Positions 25,265 through 33,333 of a stretch of DNA of 45,277 nucleotides are shown piece after piece. The notes beneath the pieces were generated by a model. It was not told where the DNA came from, made no database searches, and worked only from the letters and a program-made list of their open reading frames with translations. The translations under genes were made by a program, and so were the position numbers. Location of the stretch: positions 1-45,277 of IMG/VR virus record IMGVR_UViG_3300036773_000125; one strand, written 5' to 3'. Every line of letters begins with the position of its first letter. Positions within the stretch are counted from its first letter, which is position 1. The DNA is from a virus (Duplodnaviria; Caudoviricetes).

Positions 25265-26049
25265 TCATCGTCGGAGACGCCCGGAACACGGGCCTGCCGG
25301 ACCGTTCGGTGGACCTCGTCGTCACCAGCCCGCCGTACTTCGGTCTCCGGACATACGGCGCGCTGGGCGAGATCGGCGGCGAGGACACCCCAGCTGAGTA
25401 CGTCAAAGCGATGGTAGAAGTGCTCGACGAGATGCGCCGCGTGCTCAAGCCCGACGGCTCGGTGTTCCTGGTGATCGGCGACAAGTACGCCCGTACCGGT
25501 GGCGTCGACAAGAAGATCCGCGGCACCGGCGATGACCCCGGCGGCCGGGCCCACGGCCGGCCGGTGCAGCGCGGCGTGACGGGAGTCAAGGACGGGTCGC
25601 TCGTGGGCCTGCCGTTCCGGGTGGCGTTGGCCGCCGTAGACGCCGGTTGGGTGTGGCGTCAGGAGATTGTGTGGCGCAAGCCGAACCCTCTGCCCGAGTC
25701 AGTGCGCAACCGCTGCCAGCGGGCCCACGAGACGATCCTGCACCTGTCCCTGACCAACCGGCCGTACAGCCGCGTGACGCAACGCGGCGGCGAACTGGGG
25801 CACGACGTGTGGGACTACGCCGTAGCGGGTTACAAGGACCCGGCCGGCCGGAAGCACCCGGCGGTGTTCCCAGAACCGCTCGTCGAGCGAGTCATCACCG
25901 ACTACTGCCCGCCGGGCGGCACAGTGCTCGACCCCTTTGCCGGCAGCGGGACCACGCTGGCCGTCGCGAGCCGCCTGGGCCACACCTGGTGCGGCATTGA
26001 GCTGAACCCCGAGTACGCCGCCATCGCCCACACCCGGGTGTACGGGTGA
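25261..26049 (+). CDS. DNA methyltransferase, beta class (N4-cytosine/N6-adenine)
   Basis: Motif IV VTSPPY precedes HPAVFP and motif I VLDPFAGSGTT; GIELN. Confidence 0.92.
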   Translation: MIIVGDARNTGLPDRSVDLVVTSPPYFGLRTYGALGEIGGEDTPAEYVKAMVEVLDEMRRVLKPDGSVFLVIGDKYARTGGVDKKIRGTGDDPGGRAHGRPVQRGVTGVKDGSLVGLPFRVALAAVDAGWVWRQEIVWRKPNPLPESVRNRCQRAHETILHLSLTNRPYSRVTQRGGELGHDVWDYAVAGYKDPAGRKHPAVFPEPLVERVITDYCPPGGTVLDPFAGSGTTLAVASRLGHTWCGIELNPEYAAIAHTRVYG

Positions 26050-26141
26050 ACTGGCTGGGCATCACCGGAGTGGCGCTCCTGACCGCGGGCTACGCGGTGT
26101 GGGGCTGGATGGAATTCCGACCGAGGAAAGGGAAGTCATGA
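26046..26141 (+). CDS. Small membrane peptide (31 aa)
   Basis: MNWLGITGVALLTAGYAVWGWMEFRPRKGKS; coupled at both ends (GTGA, ATGA). Confidence 0.5.
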   Translation: MNWLGITGVALLTAGYAVWGWMEFRPRKGKS

Positions 26142-26665
26142 CCGACATTAACGAACTCGTCGGGCCGGAGCCGGTCCCCGTGCCGTCGCCGAAGTTCCCC
26201 ACGCCGTGGGGTGACGACGGGCAACATGTGATCGATGCGCGCGGGCGCCCCGTTGCGACCGTCTTCATCAACGAGGGTCACTACTCGAACGCCAACAACG
26301 TTGCGATGTTCATTGCCGAGGCTGTCAACGAGAAGGTGGCCCGTGAGCATGGCGACGTAGCACCGCCGTGGCTGGCGCCCGTCCTGGACCGGATTCGCAA
26401 AGCGGTGGTTGTGCACGGCGGCGAGTCGACACTGTCCGCTGTGGAACGCGTGGTGGCCGAGCGAGACAACGTGCAGGATCTGCTGGGCACTATCGGCGAT
26501 CCGGCCGTCCGGCTGAGGAAGTTGATTGACGAGAACTACCAGCGCGGGCAACAGCTGGACGAGATCAAGAAGCTGGCCACCCTCTGGCTATCCTACGACG
26601 AGGAAGATCGCATCGAAGCCGTTGATATTGTCAAGCTGCTACTGACCGCCACGAACGACAGCTGA
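26138..26665 (+). CDS. Hypothetical protein (175 aa)
   Basis: ATG at 26138 with a purine-rich RBS. Confidence 0.65.
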   Translation: MTDINELVGPEPVPVPSPKFPTPWGDDGQHVIDARGRPVATVFINEGHYSNANNVAMFIAEAVNEKVAREHGDVAPPWLAPVLDRIRKAVVVHGGESTLSAVERVVAERDNVQDLLGTIGDPAVRLRKLIDENYQRGQQLDEIKKLATLWLSYDEEDRIEAVDIVKLLLTATNDS

Positions 26666-26785
26666 TACACTGAGCCCCGCGTTCGATGTCGGTCGATCCG
26701 CAGGCGGGGCCCTGTCACTTGTGGCGGGGCCCTTGCTTGTGATCACCAGTGGCCAGAAGTGTCAACGTCGGATAGGATCACGTGC

Positions 26786-27025
26786 ATGACCAACACCAAA
26801 GTCTGGCTCACCCGGCACGAGGTCTGTGCCCGGCTGGGCATCAGCATTCGCACACTCAACCGCGCGCGGCGCGCCGGCAAGATCTCGGCCGCCGTGGGCC
26901 CGTTCGGTACGGACATCCTCGGCCGCGAGGTCGACGACCCGGACCTCGCGCTCAACGCTGTCAGCTACCACCGCGACGAGGTGGCGCGCTACGAGCTCGA
27001 CAACCTGAAGGGAGCACGCCCGTGA
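26786..27025 (+). CDS. HTH DNA-binding protein (79 aa)
   Basis: WLTRHEVCARLGISIRTLNRARRAGKI; TAGGAT -10 box at 26773-26778 suggests a leaderless mRNA. Confidence 0.75.
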   Translation: MTNTKVWLTRHEVCARLGISIRTLNRARRAGKISAAVGPFGTDILGREVDDPDLALNAVSYHRDEVARYELDNLKGARP

Positions 27026-27213
27026 GCAAGCAGCACCTGGCCCCGCCACCAGAGCAAGAGTGCCCAGACCCGAAGCGCCACATGGTGGCCCGCCAACAGG
27101 AGTGCGAGCACGGCGGGTGCGTCCACAGCGGACAGCCGGGCGTGACGTGGTCGCAGGTCATGGCCGCGCCGGACCCGGGCGCCTTCATCCGGCCTCGGCT
27201 GCCACTGCCATGA
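27022..27213 (+). CDS. Hypothetical Cys/His protein (63 aa)
   Basis: GTGA coupling. Confidence 0.5.
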   Translation: MSKQHLAPPPEQECPDPKRHMVARQQECEHGGCVHSGQPGVTWSQVMAAPDPGAFIRPRLPLP

Positions 27214-27377
27214 AAGGTCTCCGTGCGGCACGATTTGTGATGCTCGTGCTGGCTACGTGGTTCGCTTGCTCCGCCGTTTTCTATCTCGTCGAAGGCCGGT
27301 GGTGGGACGCGATCCCGGCCGCCGTGCTCGCGGTCGGCGACGCGATGATCTTCCGATATCTGGGACGGCTGCCATGA
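27210..27377 (+). CDS. Small membrane protein (55 aa, 2 TM)
   Basis: Two hydrophobic segments; coupled to the polA start. Confidence 0.55.
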   Translation: MKGLRAARFVMLVLATWFACSAVFYLVEGRWWDAIPAAVLAVGDAMIFRYLGRLP

Positions 27378-29344
27378 TCCACGAGTTCGAGCTGGACACC
27401 GGGTGTGCCGAGAACCGCTTCGCTCGCGTCCGGGTACTCACCACGCTCGATGGCGGCGACGTCCGCGTGTTCCGGCAATGGATGGCGGCGCGCGCCGATC
27501 AGCCGCTCGCGGTCGACAGCGAGACGAACGCGGAGAATCCGCGGTCGCCGGCGCACCGGCTGCGCATGGTCCAGATCTCCGACGGGCTGGAGGTGTGGTT
27601 GCTGCCGGTCGAGCTGCTGGGGACCGAGTTCATCCGGCAGACGGTCCACGACCATCCTATGTGGATCTGCCACTACGTCGACGCCGACATGTCGTTCATC
27701 GAGAACGCGGCGCCGGGCAGCTTCCGGCTCGCCGACGACGAGCCACACGCGGTCGACACGCAGGTGGTGCTGGCTTATTACGATCCGCGCACCGTGATGC
27801 CGGAAGACGAGAAGGAGGGCATTGACCCGCGGCTTGCGCACCGTAAGGGGCTCAAGCCGACCACCACACGCGAGCTGTCGCCGGCGCTTGAGCAGACCGA
27901 AGACGAGATGCACCGGTGGTTCAAGGAGCACGCGCCGGTCGGGCAGCGGGTGGGGCAGAAGGCTGTCAAGTGGGGCTTCGCCAACGTGCCGGTCACCGAA
28001 GACGTGTACCTGCGCTACAGCGCGCTGGACCCGCTGATGACCATGCGGCTGTGGCAAAAGATGGTGCCCGTCGTGCAGCAGCGCGGCCAGTGGGACATCG
28101 TCTGGTCGGACCTCGTGTGGCAATGGGACCTGGACCGGATGGTCTTCCGCGGCATGCTGGTCGACGCGCCGTACGCGCGCTGGCTGGACGAGAAGATGCG
28201 GCGGCAGGTCGACGACAACGCGGCGGCGCTGGAGCGCCACGGTATCGCGCCGTCCGGCAACGGGCCGTCGGTGGGGGAGGCGTTCGCGGCGCTGGGCGTG
28301 AAGCCGCTGAAGATGACCAAGGGGAGCGCCACCAAACCACCGGCGGCGAGCTGGGATAAAGAGGTGCTGAAGAAGCTGGCGGACGGCGAGGGACCGGCGG
28401 CCGAGCTGGCGCGGCTGCTGATCGGCAGCCGGCAGGGGACGAAGTTCCGCGCGACCTACGTCCAGACGATGATCGACGCGCTGGAGTTCGACGGCCGGGT
28501 GCACTGGCACCACCGGGCAGATGGCACCACCACCGGGCGCAACAGCGCGTACGACCCGCCGTTGCAGCAGCTCCCGAAGAAGAACACGCTCGTGCGCGCG
28601 GCCTACGTGGCGCCGCCCGGGTGGGTGCTAGTGGGGTGCGACTTCAGCCAGGGCGAGCCACGCACCATGGCGGCCATGGCGCAGGATGCCAACCTGCGGG
28701 CTGACATCCTCTCCGGCGACTTGAACGGCGCGATGGCGGCCACGGCTTTCGGCGAGCTGTTCAACCCGGCAGAGGGCAAGCTGGCCGGCACAGCGAGCTA
28801 CCTCATGCGCAACTCGGCCAAGGCCGGGTTCCTCGCGAAGTGCTACGGCGGTGGCGGCGACCGCGTGTCGCTGACCATCGGCGCCGACGCCACAGCCGCC
28901 ATCCGCCGGTGGGAGTCGCGGTATGCCAAGCTGTTCGCCCACGGCGCCGAGCTGAACCGGCTGCCGGCCGTGCGCCTAGAGAGCGGCCGCATCTGCCCGC
29001 TGTGGGACCGCTACTACGTGGACCCGGAGACCGACCGCGCGGTGCTGAAGAGCTGGCCGAGCCGGAAGGGCTTGAACTACAAGGCCCAGGGGACACAGCG
29101 CGACCTGCTGCTGGCGAGCTGGATGCGCCTGCGCGCCCGCGGCTGGGCGAAGTTCGCCTTCTTCTTCCTCCACGACGAGATCATCCTGTGCGTGCCGGAG
29201 TGGATGGCGGAACAAGCGCGCGCCGACCTGCAGGACGCGATGACCTTCGTCTGGCACGGCATGGAGTTCGAGGCAGAGGCTGAGATCATCGGCCGAAGCT
29301 GGCTGCCACAGACGGATTTCCAGCGTGACCTGATCGATGCTTGA
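27374..29344 (+). CDS. polA: DNA polymerase I (family A) with 3'-5' exonuclease
   Basis: Exo I AVDSET, TTTGR, motif A DFSQGEPR, motif B RNSAKAGFLAKCYG, NYKAQGT, motif C HDEI. Confidence 0.93.
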   Translation: MIHEFELDTGCAENRFARVRVLTTLDGGDVRVFRQWMAARADQPLAVDSETNAENPRSPAHRLRMVQISDGLEVWLLPVELLGTEFIRQTVHDHPMWICHYVDADMSFIENAAPGSFRLADDEPHAVDTQVVLAYYDPRTVMPEDEKEGIDPRLAHRKGLKPTTTRELSPALEQTEDEMHRWFKEHAPVGQRVGQKAVKWGFANVPVTEDVYLRYSALDPLMTMRLWQKMVPVVQQRGQWDIVWSDLVWQWDLDRMVFRGMLVDAPYARWLDEKMRRQVDDNAAALERHGIAPSGNGPSVGEAFAALGVKPLKMTKGSATKPPAASWDKEVLKKLADGEGPAAELARLLIGSRQGTKFRATYVQTMIDALEFDGRVHWHHRADGTTTGRNSAYDPPLQQLPKKNTLVRAAYVAPPGWVLVGCDFSQGEPRTMAAMAQDANLRADILSGDLNGAMAATAFGELFNPAEGKLAGTASYLMRNSAKAGFLAKCYGGGGDRVSLTIGADATAAIRRWESRYAKLFAHGAELNRLPAVRLESGRICPLWDRYYVDPETDRAVLKSWPSRKGLNYKAQGTQRDLLLASWMRLRARGWAKFAFFFLHDEIILCVPEWMAEQARADLQDAMTFVWHGMEFEAEAEIIGRSWLPQTDFQRDLIDA

Positions 29345-29369
29345 CACTTGTAGCCACAACTGGGAGGCT
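29341..29369 (+). promoter_or_regulatory. TTGACACTTGTAG promoter/operator motif
   Basis: Conserved motif overlapping the polA stop; -10 box is weak (GAGGCT). Confidence 0.5.
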
Positions 29370-29375
29370 GACCGC

Positions 29376-30050
29376 ATGACCGACATCGACGACAGACCGG
29401 TGCTGTTGAACGGCATTCCGGCCTTGACCCTCATGGACATCGGGTTGAGCGAGTGCCCGCTGGGGCACTCCATCGCCAACCGCGAGCGGCTGCTGGTCGG
29501 CCCGGCCGGTGGCGTGTTCTGCCCCGAGTGCCTCGACCCGGACCGGCGGCGTAAACGGCTGCCGGGCGCCCGCGAGTGCATCCATGGTCACGACATCACC
29601 GGCGAGGGTGCGATCACCACGGACAACAAGTGCCGCCAGTGTCGCCGATCACGGGCCAAGGTGTACAAACGGCGGATGCAGGCGCGCGGCTACCATCGCC
29701 CGATGCCCGTCCGCCAGTGGACCCGGGCCGAGTCGACCATCCCGGCCCGGCCGACGCGCAGCCTGGACGACGTGCCGACGGCTAACGGACGCCGTCCGCG
29801 TAACGAGGTCGCCCGGACGCCGGACTACAGCCAGTTCAAGCTGCCGGGGCAGTGGCGCCACCAGGCCGCGTGCGGGCCGGAGACGGCGCACCTGTTCGAC
29901 AAAAAGCAGATGGGCGAGCCCACGTGGGAGGTCGAGAAGCGCCACACCGCGGCGCGCAAGATCTGCTATGGCTGCCCGGTGTTTGCGTGGTGCGACGAGT
30001 GGCAGTCCGGCGAGCCGGAGAAGTCCGCGACCGTGGCGGCCCTGCGATGA
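29376..30050 (+). CDS. Zn-finger plus WhiB-like fusion protein
   Basis: CPLGH...CPEC and CIHGH...CRQC, then WRHQAAC...LF...ARKICYGCPVFAWC (four WhiB cysteines); RBS GGAGG. Confidence 0.7.
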   Translation: MTDIDDRPVLLNGIPALTLMDIGLSECPLGHSIANRERLLVGPAGGVFCPECLDPDRRRKRLPGARECIHGHDITGEGAITTDNKCRQCRRSRAKVYKRRMQARGYHRPMPVRQWTRAESTIPARPTRSLDDVPTANGRRPRNEVARTPDYSQFKLPGQWRHQAACGPETAHLFDKKQMGEPTWEVEKRHTAARKICYGCPVFAWCDEWQSGEPEKSATVAALR

Positions 30051-30193
30051 TCCTGCTGGCGAACATCCTGTGGACGCTGTGCGAAGTGGCGGTGGGCGCG
30101 CTGGCGCTCGCGGTCATCCTCGCACTCACCCTCCCCGCTCCGGCGGCCGAGCCGAAGGGCAGCCGACAGCTGTCCAGAAAGGACGAATCGTGA
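30047..30193 (+). CDS. Small membrane protein (48 aa)
   Basis: MILLANILWTLCEVAVGALALAVILALTL; ATGA coupling. Confidence 0.55.
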   Translation: MILLANILWTLCEVAVGALALAVILALTLPAPAAEPKGSRQLSRKDES

Positions 30194-30357
30194 CCGCGCT
30201 CATCGCCGTGCTGTTCACGCTGGCCGGGCTCGCGCTCCTGCTCACGTTCGTGGCGGCCGGGCAGCACGAGCCGCGAGCGGGCAGCGTGTTCGCCGCGCTC
30301 GCCGTCGTGCTCGGCCTGCTCGGCTACGCCGCAGTGGTCGGGGGGTCGTTCGCGTGA
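30190..30357 (+). CDS. Small membrane protein (55 aa, 2 TM)
   Basis: Two hydrophobic segments; coupled to the helicase start. Confidence 0.55.
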   Translation: MTALIAVLFTLAGLALLLTFVAAGQHEPRAGSVFAALAVVLGLLGYAAVVGGSFA

Positions 30358-31925
30358 GCACGCTGCACCTGCGCGACTACCAGGTGGCTGCCTTGGACGC
30401 GCTCGATGAGGGGTGGAAGGAGGAGCAGCGGCTCGCCGTCGTGCTCCCCACCGGCGCCGGCAAGACGGTCATCATGGCGCACCTCGCGCACGAGCGGCGC
30501 GCCGGCCGCGTGCTCATCCTCGTGCATCGCGACGAGCTGATCCAGCAGACCTACGACAAGCTGCGGCGCGTCGACCGCACGCTGTCCGTGGGGGTGGTGC
30601 GGGGCAAGCAGAATGAGGGTGGCGCCGCGGTGGTGATCGCGAGCATTCAGACTGTCAGCCGGCCGAACCGGCTCGCCATGGTCGGGAAGTTCGGAACGAT
30701 CATTGTCGACGAGTGCCACCGATCGGTGAGCGAGAGCTACAAGCGGGTGCTGCACGAGCTGGGCGCGTTCGTCCCGTGGGGGCCGAAGGTCGCCGGCTTC
30801 ACCGCCACGATGAGCCGCGGGGATGCACTCGGGCTGGGCGACGTGTGGGAGCGGGTCGCCTTCTCCAAGGGCATCAAGTGGTTCATCGACAACGGGCACC
30901 TGGTGTCGGTCACCGGCAAAACGGTGGTCACCGATCTCGATCTGGATGGCGTGAAGAAGACGGCTGGTGACTACAACGAGCGCGCGCTCGGCATCGCCAT
31001 GACCGACGACAACATCCGCACGGCGATCGTCGACAGCTACCGCGAGCACGCGGCCGACCGGCAGGGCGTTGTCTTCGCGCCCACAGTGGACAGCGCGGAG
31101 TTCTTCGCCGATGGGCTCAACGCTGCGGGGTTCACGACGGCCGGCGTCTACGGCCAGCTGGCCCAAGGCGATCGCCGAGCGCGCCATGAGCGCTACCGCA
31201 AGGGCGAATTGCAGATCCTCACCACCTGCACGGCGCTGGCCGAAGGGTGGGACGCGCCCTGGTGCTCGGCCGCCGTGCTCGCCCGGCCCACGCTGCATCA
31301 GGGCTTGTTCATCCAGCAGGTCGGCCGGGTGCTGCGTCCGTGGCCCGGCAAGACGGACGCGGTGGTGCTGGACGTGGCGGGCGCGACCCGGCGCCACAAC
31401 CTGCACGCGCTGATCGAGCTGGACGAGACGCGGGAGAAGGGCGACAGCGAGTTCGATGAGCTGGCCGAGGAGATCGAAGAGGAGGAGCGCGGCTCGTACA
31501 AGGCCTACGTCCAGGCGCACGGCTTCGAAGACGTCGACCTGTTCGCCGGCACCGAGGCACGCTGGCAGCGGACCGAGCGCGGCGTGCTGTTCGTGAGCAC
31601 CGCGGCCTCGATCTACTTCCTGGCGGCCGACGGCGACAGCTGGCGAGTGGGCAAGACGCCGGTGCGCGGTGGCGCGGTCGAGTGGTTGCGTACCGACTGC
31701 TCGGCCGACGAGGCGCTGTCGTGGGGCGGCCAGCTGGCCATCGACGAGGACCCCTCACTCGCCAGCATCAAGGCCCGATGGCGGCGTAGTGGCCCGCCGT
31801 CGGAGAAGCAGCGTGCGTTCGCGCAATCCTTGGGGGTCAACACCGAGGGCATGAACAAGTCGCAGGTGTCCGACGCCATCGACCGGCGGAAGGCCGGCAA
31901 GATCCTGTTCCGCGTTCCCGTGTAA
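30354..31925 (+). CDS. SF2 DNA helicase (DEAD/DEAH-like)
   Basis: LRDYQ, PTGAGKT, DECH, TAT, EGWD and QQVGRVLR motifs. Confidence 0.93.
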   Translation: MSTLHLRDYQVAALDALDEGWKEEQRLAVVLPTGAGKTVIMAHLAHERRAGRVLILVHRDELIQQTYDKLRRVDRTLSVGVVRGKQNEGGAAVVIASIQTVSRPNRLAMVGKFGTIIVDECHRSVSESYKRVLHELGAFVPWGPKVAGFTATMSRGDALGLGDVWERVAFSKGIKWFIDNGHLVSVTGKTVVTDLDLDGVKKTAGDYNERALGIAMTDDNIRTAIVDSYREHAADRQGVVFAPTVDSAEFFADGLNAAGFTTAGVYGQLAQGDRRARHERYRKGELQILTTCTALAEGWDAPWCSAAVLARPTLHQGLFIQQVGRVLRPWPGKTDAVVLDVAGATRRHNLHALIELDETREKGDSEFDELAEEIEEEERGSYKAYVQAHGFEDVDLFAGTEARWQRTERGVLFVSTAASIYFLAADGDSWRVGKTPVRGGAVEWLRTDCSADEALSWGGQLAIDEDPSLASIKARWRRSGPPSEKQRAFAQSLGVNTEGMNKSQVSDAIDRRKAGKILFRVPV

Positions 31926-31929
31926 GTGC

Positions 31930-31958
31930 TTGACACTTCTGGCCAACCGTGATTCACT
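31930..31958 (+). promoter_or_regulatory. TTGACACTTCTGG promoter/operator motif upstream of the Ltp-like gene
   Basis: TTGACA-N17-TTCACT in the intergenic region. Confidence 0.55.
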
Positions 31959-32002
31959 GACGCAGTCACGAAAACTGAAATCTGAAACCTGGAGAGATCG
32001 AC

Positions 32003-32620
32003 ATGAACCAGAACCACAAGCCGGGCCTGTCCAAGGGCGCCAAGGTCGGCCTGTTTGGCTGTCTGCCCGTCGTGCTGCTCGGCATCGTGCTCGTCATCGC
32101 CGCCAGTGTCGGCGCCGGCAAGGCGATCGAGGCCGCGAACCCCACGCAGGCCGTGGCCCCGGCCATCAGCACCTGTGCCGCTCCGGCCGACGCGCCCACC
32201 CCGCCCGCAGACGGCAGCTCGGTCCTCTGGAACGACGTCACCTGCACGTGGGACAAGATCGCGGGCACCGCGGATGGCGTCTCCCCCGCGCCGGCTGCAC
32301 CCACCACCGAGGCCGCGCCGGAGTTCTCGCCGCAGGTGGAGCAGGCGCGCAGCTCGGCCCAGTCGTACCTCGAATACATGGGCTTCTCGCACGACGGCCT
32401 CATTGGCCAGCTGGTGTTCGAGCAGTACGCGAAAGCCGACGCTACGACGGCGGTCGACAGCCTGGACGTCGACTGGAACGCGCAGGCCGCTAAGTCGGCC
32501 GAGTCCTACCTGGATACGATGCCGTACTCCTGCAAGAGCCTGGTCGGTCAGCTGACGTTCGAGAAGTTCACCAAGGCGCAGGCCACGTACGGCGCCAACC
32601 AGACCAAGGCGTGCAAGTAG
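32003..32620 (+). CDS. Ltp-family membrane-anchored protein (putative superinfection exclusion)
   Basis: N-terminal TM, Pro/Ala linker, two tandem repeats A..SA.SYL..M..S...L.GQL.FE....A with DVDWNAQA between them, as in Ltp repeats. Confidence 0.8.
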   Translation: MNQNHKPGLSKGAKVGLFGCLPVVLLGIVLVIAASVGAGKAIEAANPTQAVAPAISTCAAPADAPTPPADGSSVLWNDVTCTWDKIAGTADGVSPAPAAPTTEAAPEFSPQVEQARSSAQSYLEYMGFSHDGLIGQLVFEQYAKADATTAVDSLDVDWNAQAAKSAESYLDTMPYSCKSLVGQLTFEKFTKAQATYGANQTKACK

Positions 32621-32778
32621 TGGGCGACCGCCGGAAGCCGCTCTGTGAGCACGGCCCGGAGGACGGCTGCTGGCGCTGCTGCCCCAACTGCAACGTCGAC
32701 CGCCACCGGTGCCCCGGCTGTGGCAAGAACGTCCCGCACGGCACGCACACCTGTTCCGACTGCAAGAGCTGGGAGTGA
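32620..32778 (+). CDS. Cys-rich zinc-ribbon protein (52 aa)
   Basis: Hand translation MGDRRKPLCEHGPEDGCWRCCPNCNVDRHRCPGCGKNVPHGTHTCSDCKSWE. Confidence 0.6.
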   Translation: MGDRRKPLCEHGPEDGCWRCCPNCNVDRHRCPGCGKNVPHGTHTCSDCKSWE

Positions 32779-33014
32779 TGATGACCGCCTTCGACGACGC
32801 CATGGCTGCGGTCCGCAGGGCCGACGAGCTCCAGCAGCGGCTCGACGCAGCCAGTGTGGGACACAAGCCGGAGAGCGAGACGGTCATGGGGATGGCCGGC
32901 GAGCTGGTGCGGGACATCGTCTTGGCGGGGCAGCCCGGCCTCTCCGCGCTCGGCACCCTCAACGTCGCGCTGTTCCTCGCCGCTGCCGGTTGGACGAAGG
33001 GCGGTGAATCATGA
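32778..33014 (+). CDS. Hypothetical protein (78 aa)
   Basis: TGATG coupling; MMTAFDDAMAAV... Confidence 0.6.
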   Translation: MMTAFDDAMAAVRRADELQQRLDAASVGHKPESETVMGMAGELVRDIVLAGQPGLSALGTLNVALFLAAAGWTKGGES

Positions 33015-33085
33015 TCAAGAGAATCCGCCAGCTGCTGGTGCCCGTCTGTGGCCGCTGCCGCCGCGTGATCTGCATCTGCTCCTGA
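33011..33085 (+). CDS. Possible 24-aa Cys-rich peptide
   Basis: ATGA coupling; MIKRIRQLLVPVCGRCRRVICICS. Confidence 0.35.
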   Translation: MIKRIRQLLVPVCGRCRRVICICS

Positions 33086-33126
33086 CCGTCCACACAGGAT
33101 CGACCGACATCGATTGGACACAGCTC

Positions 33127-33333
33127 ATGTGCTTGCAGTGCCACACCGATCTGACCACCGCCGTCGAACTGATCAACGGCAGCGTCGACCGCCATCCGGC
33201 CCACAAGACCACCTCCGAGTTGCAGGTCGCGAGCGAGGCCGTGCACGACGCGAACCTGCTCGACACCTACCTCGGTCTCTCTTCCCGCAACGCCGTCAAC
33301 ATCCACAACATCCCGAAGGGTCACACCGCATGA
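33127..33333 (+). CDS. Hypothetical protein (68 aa)
   Basis: MCLQCHTDL...; stop coupled to the exonuclease start. Confidence 0.45.
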   Translation: MCLQCHTDLTTAVELINGSVDRHPAHKTTSELQVASEAVHDANLLDTYLGLSSRNAVNIHNIPKGHTA

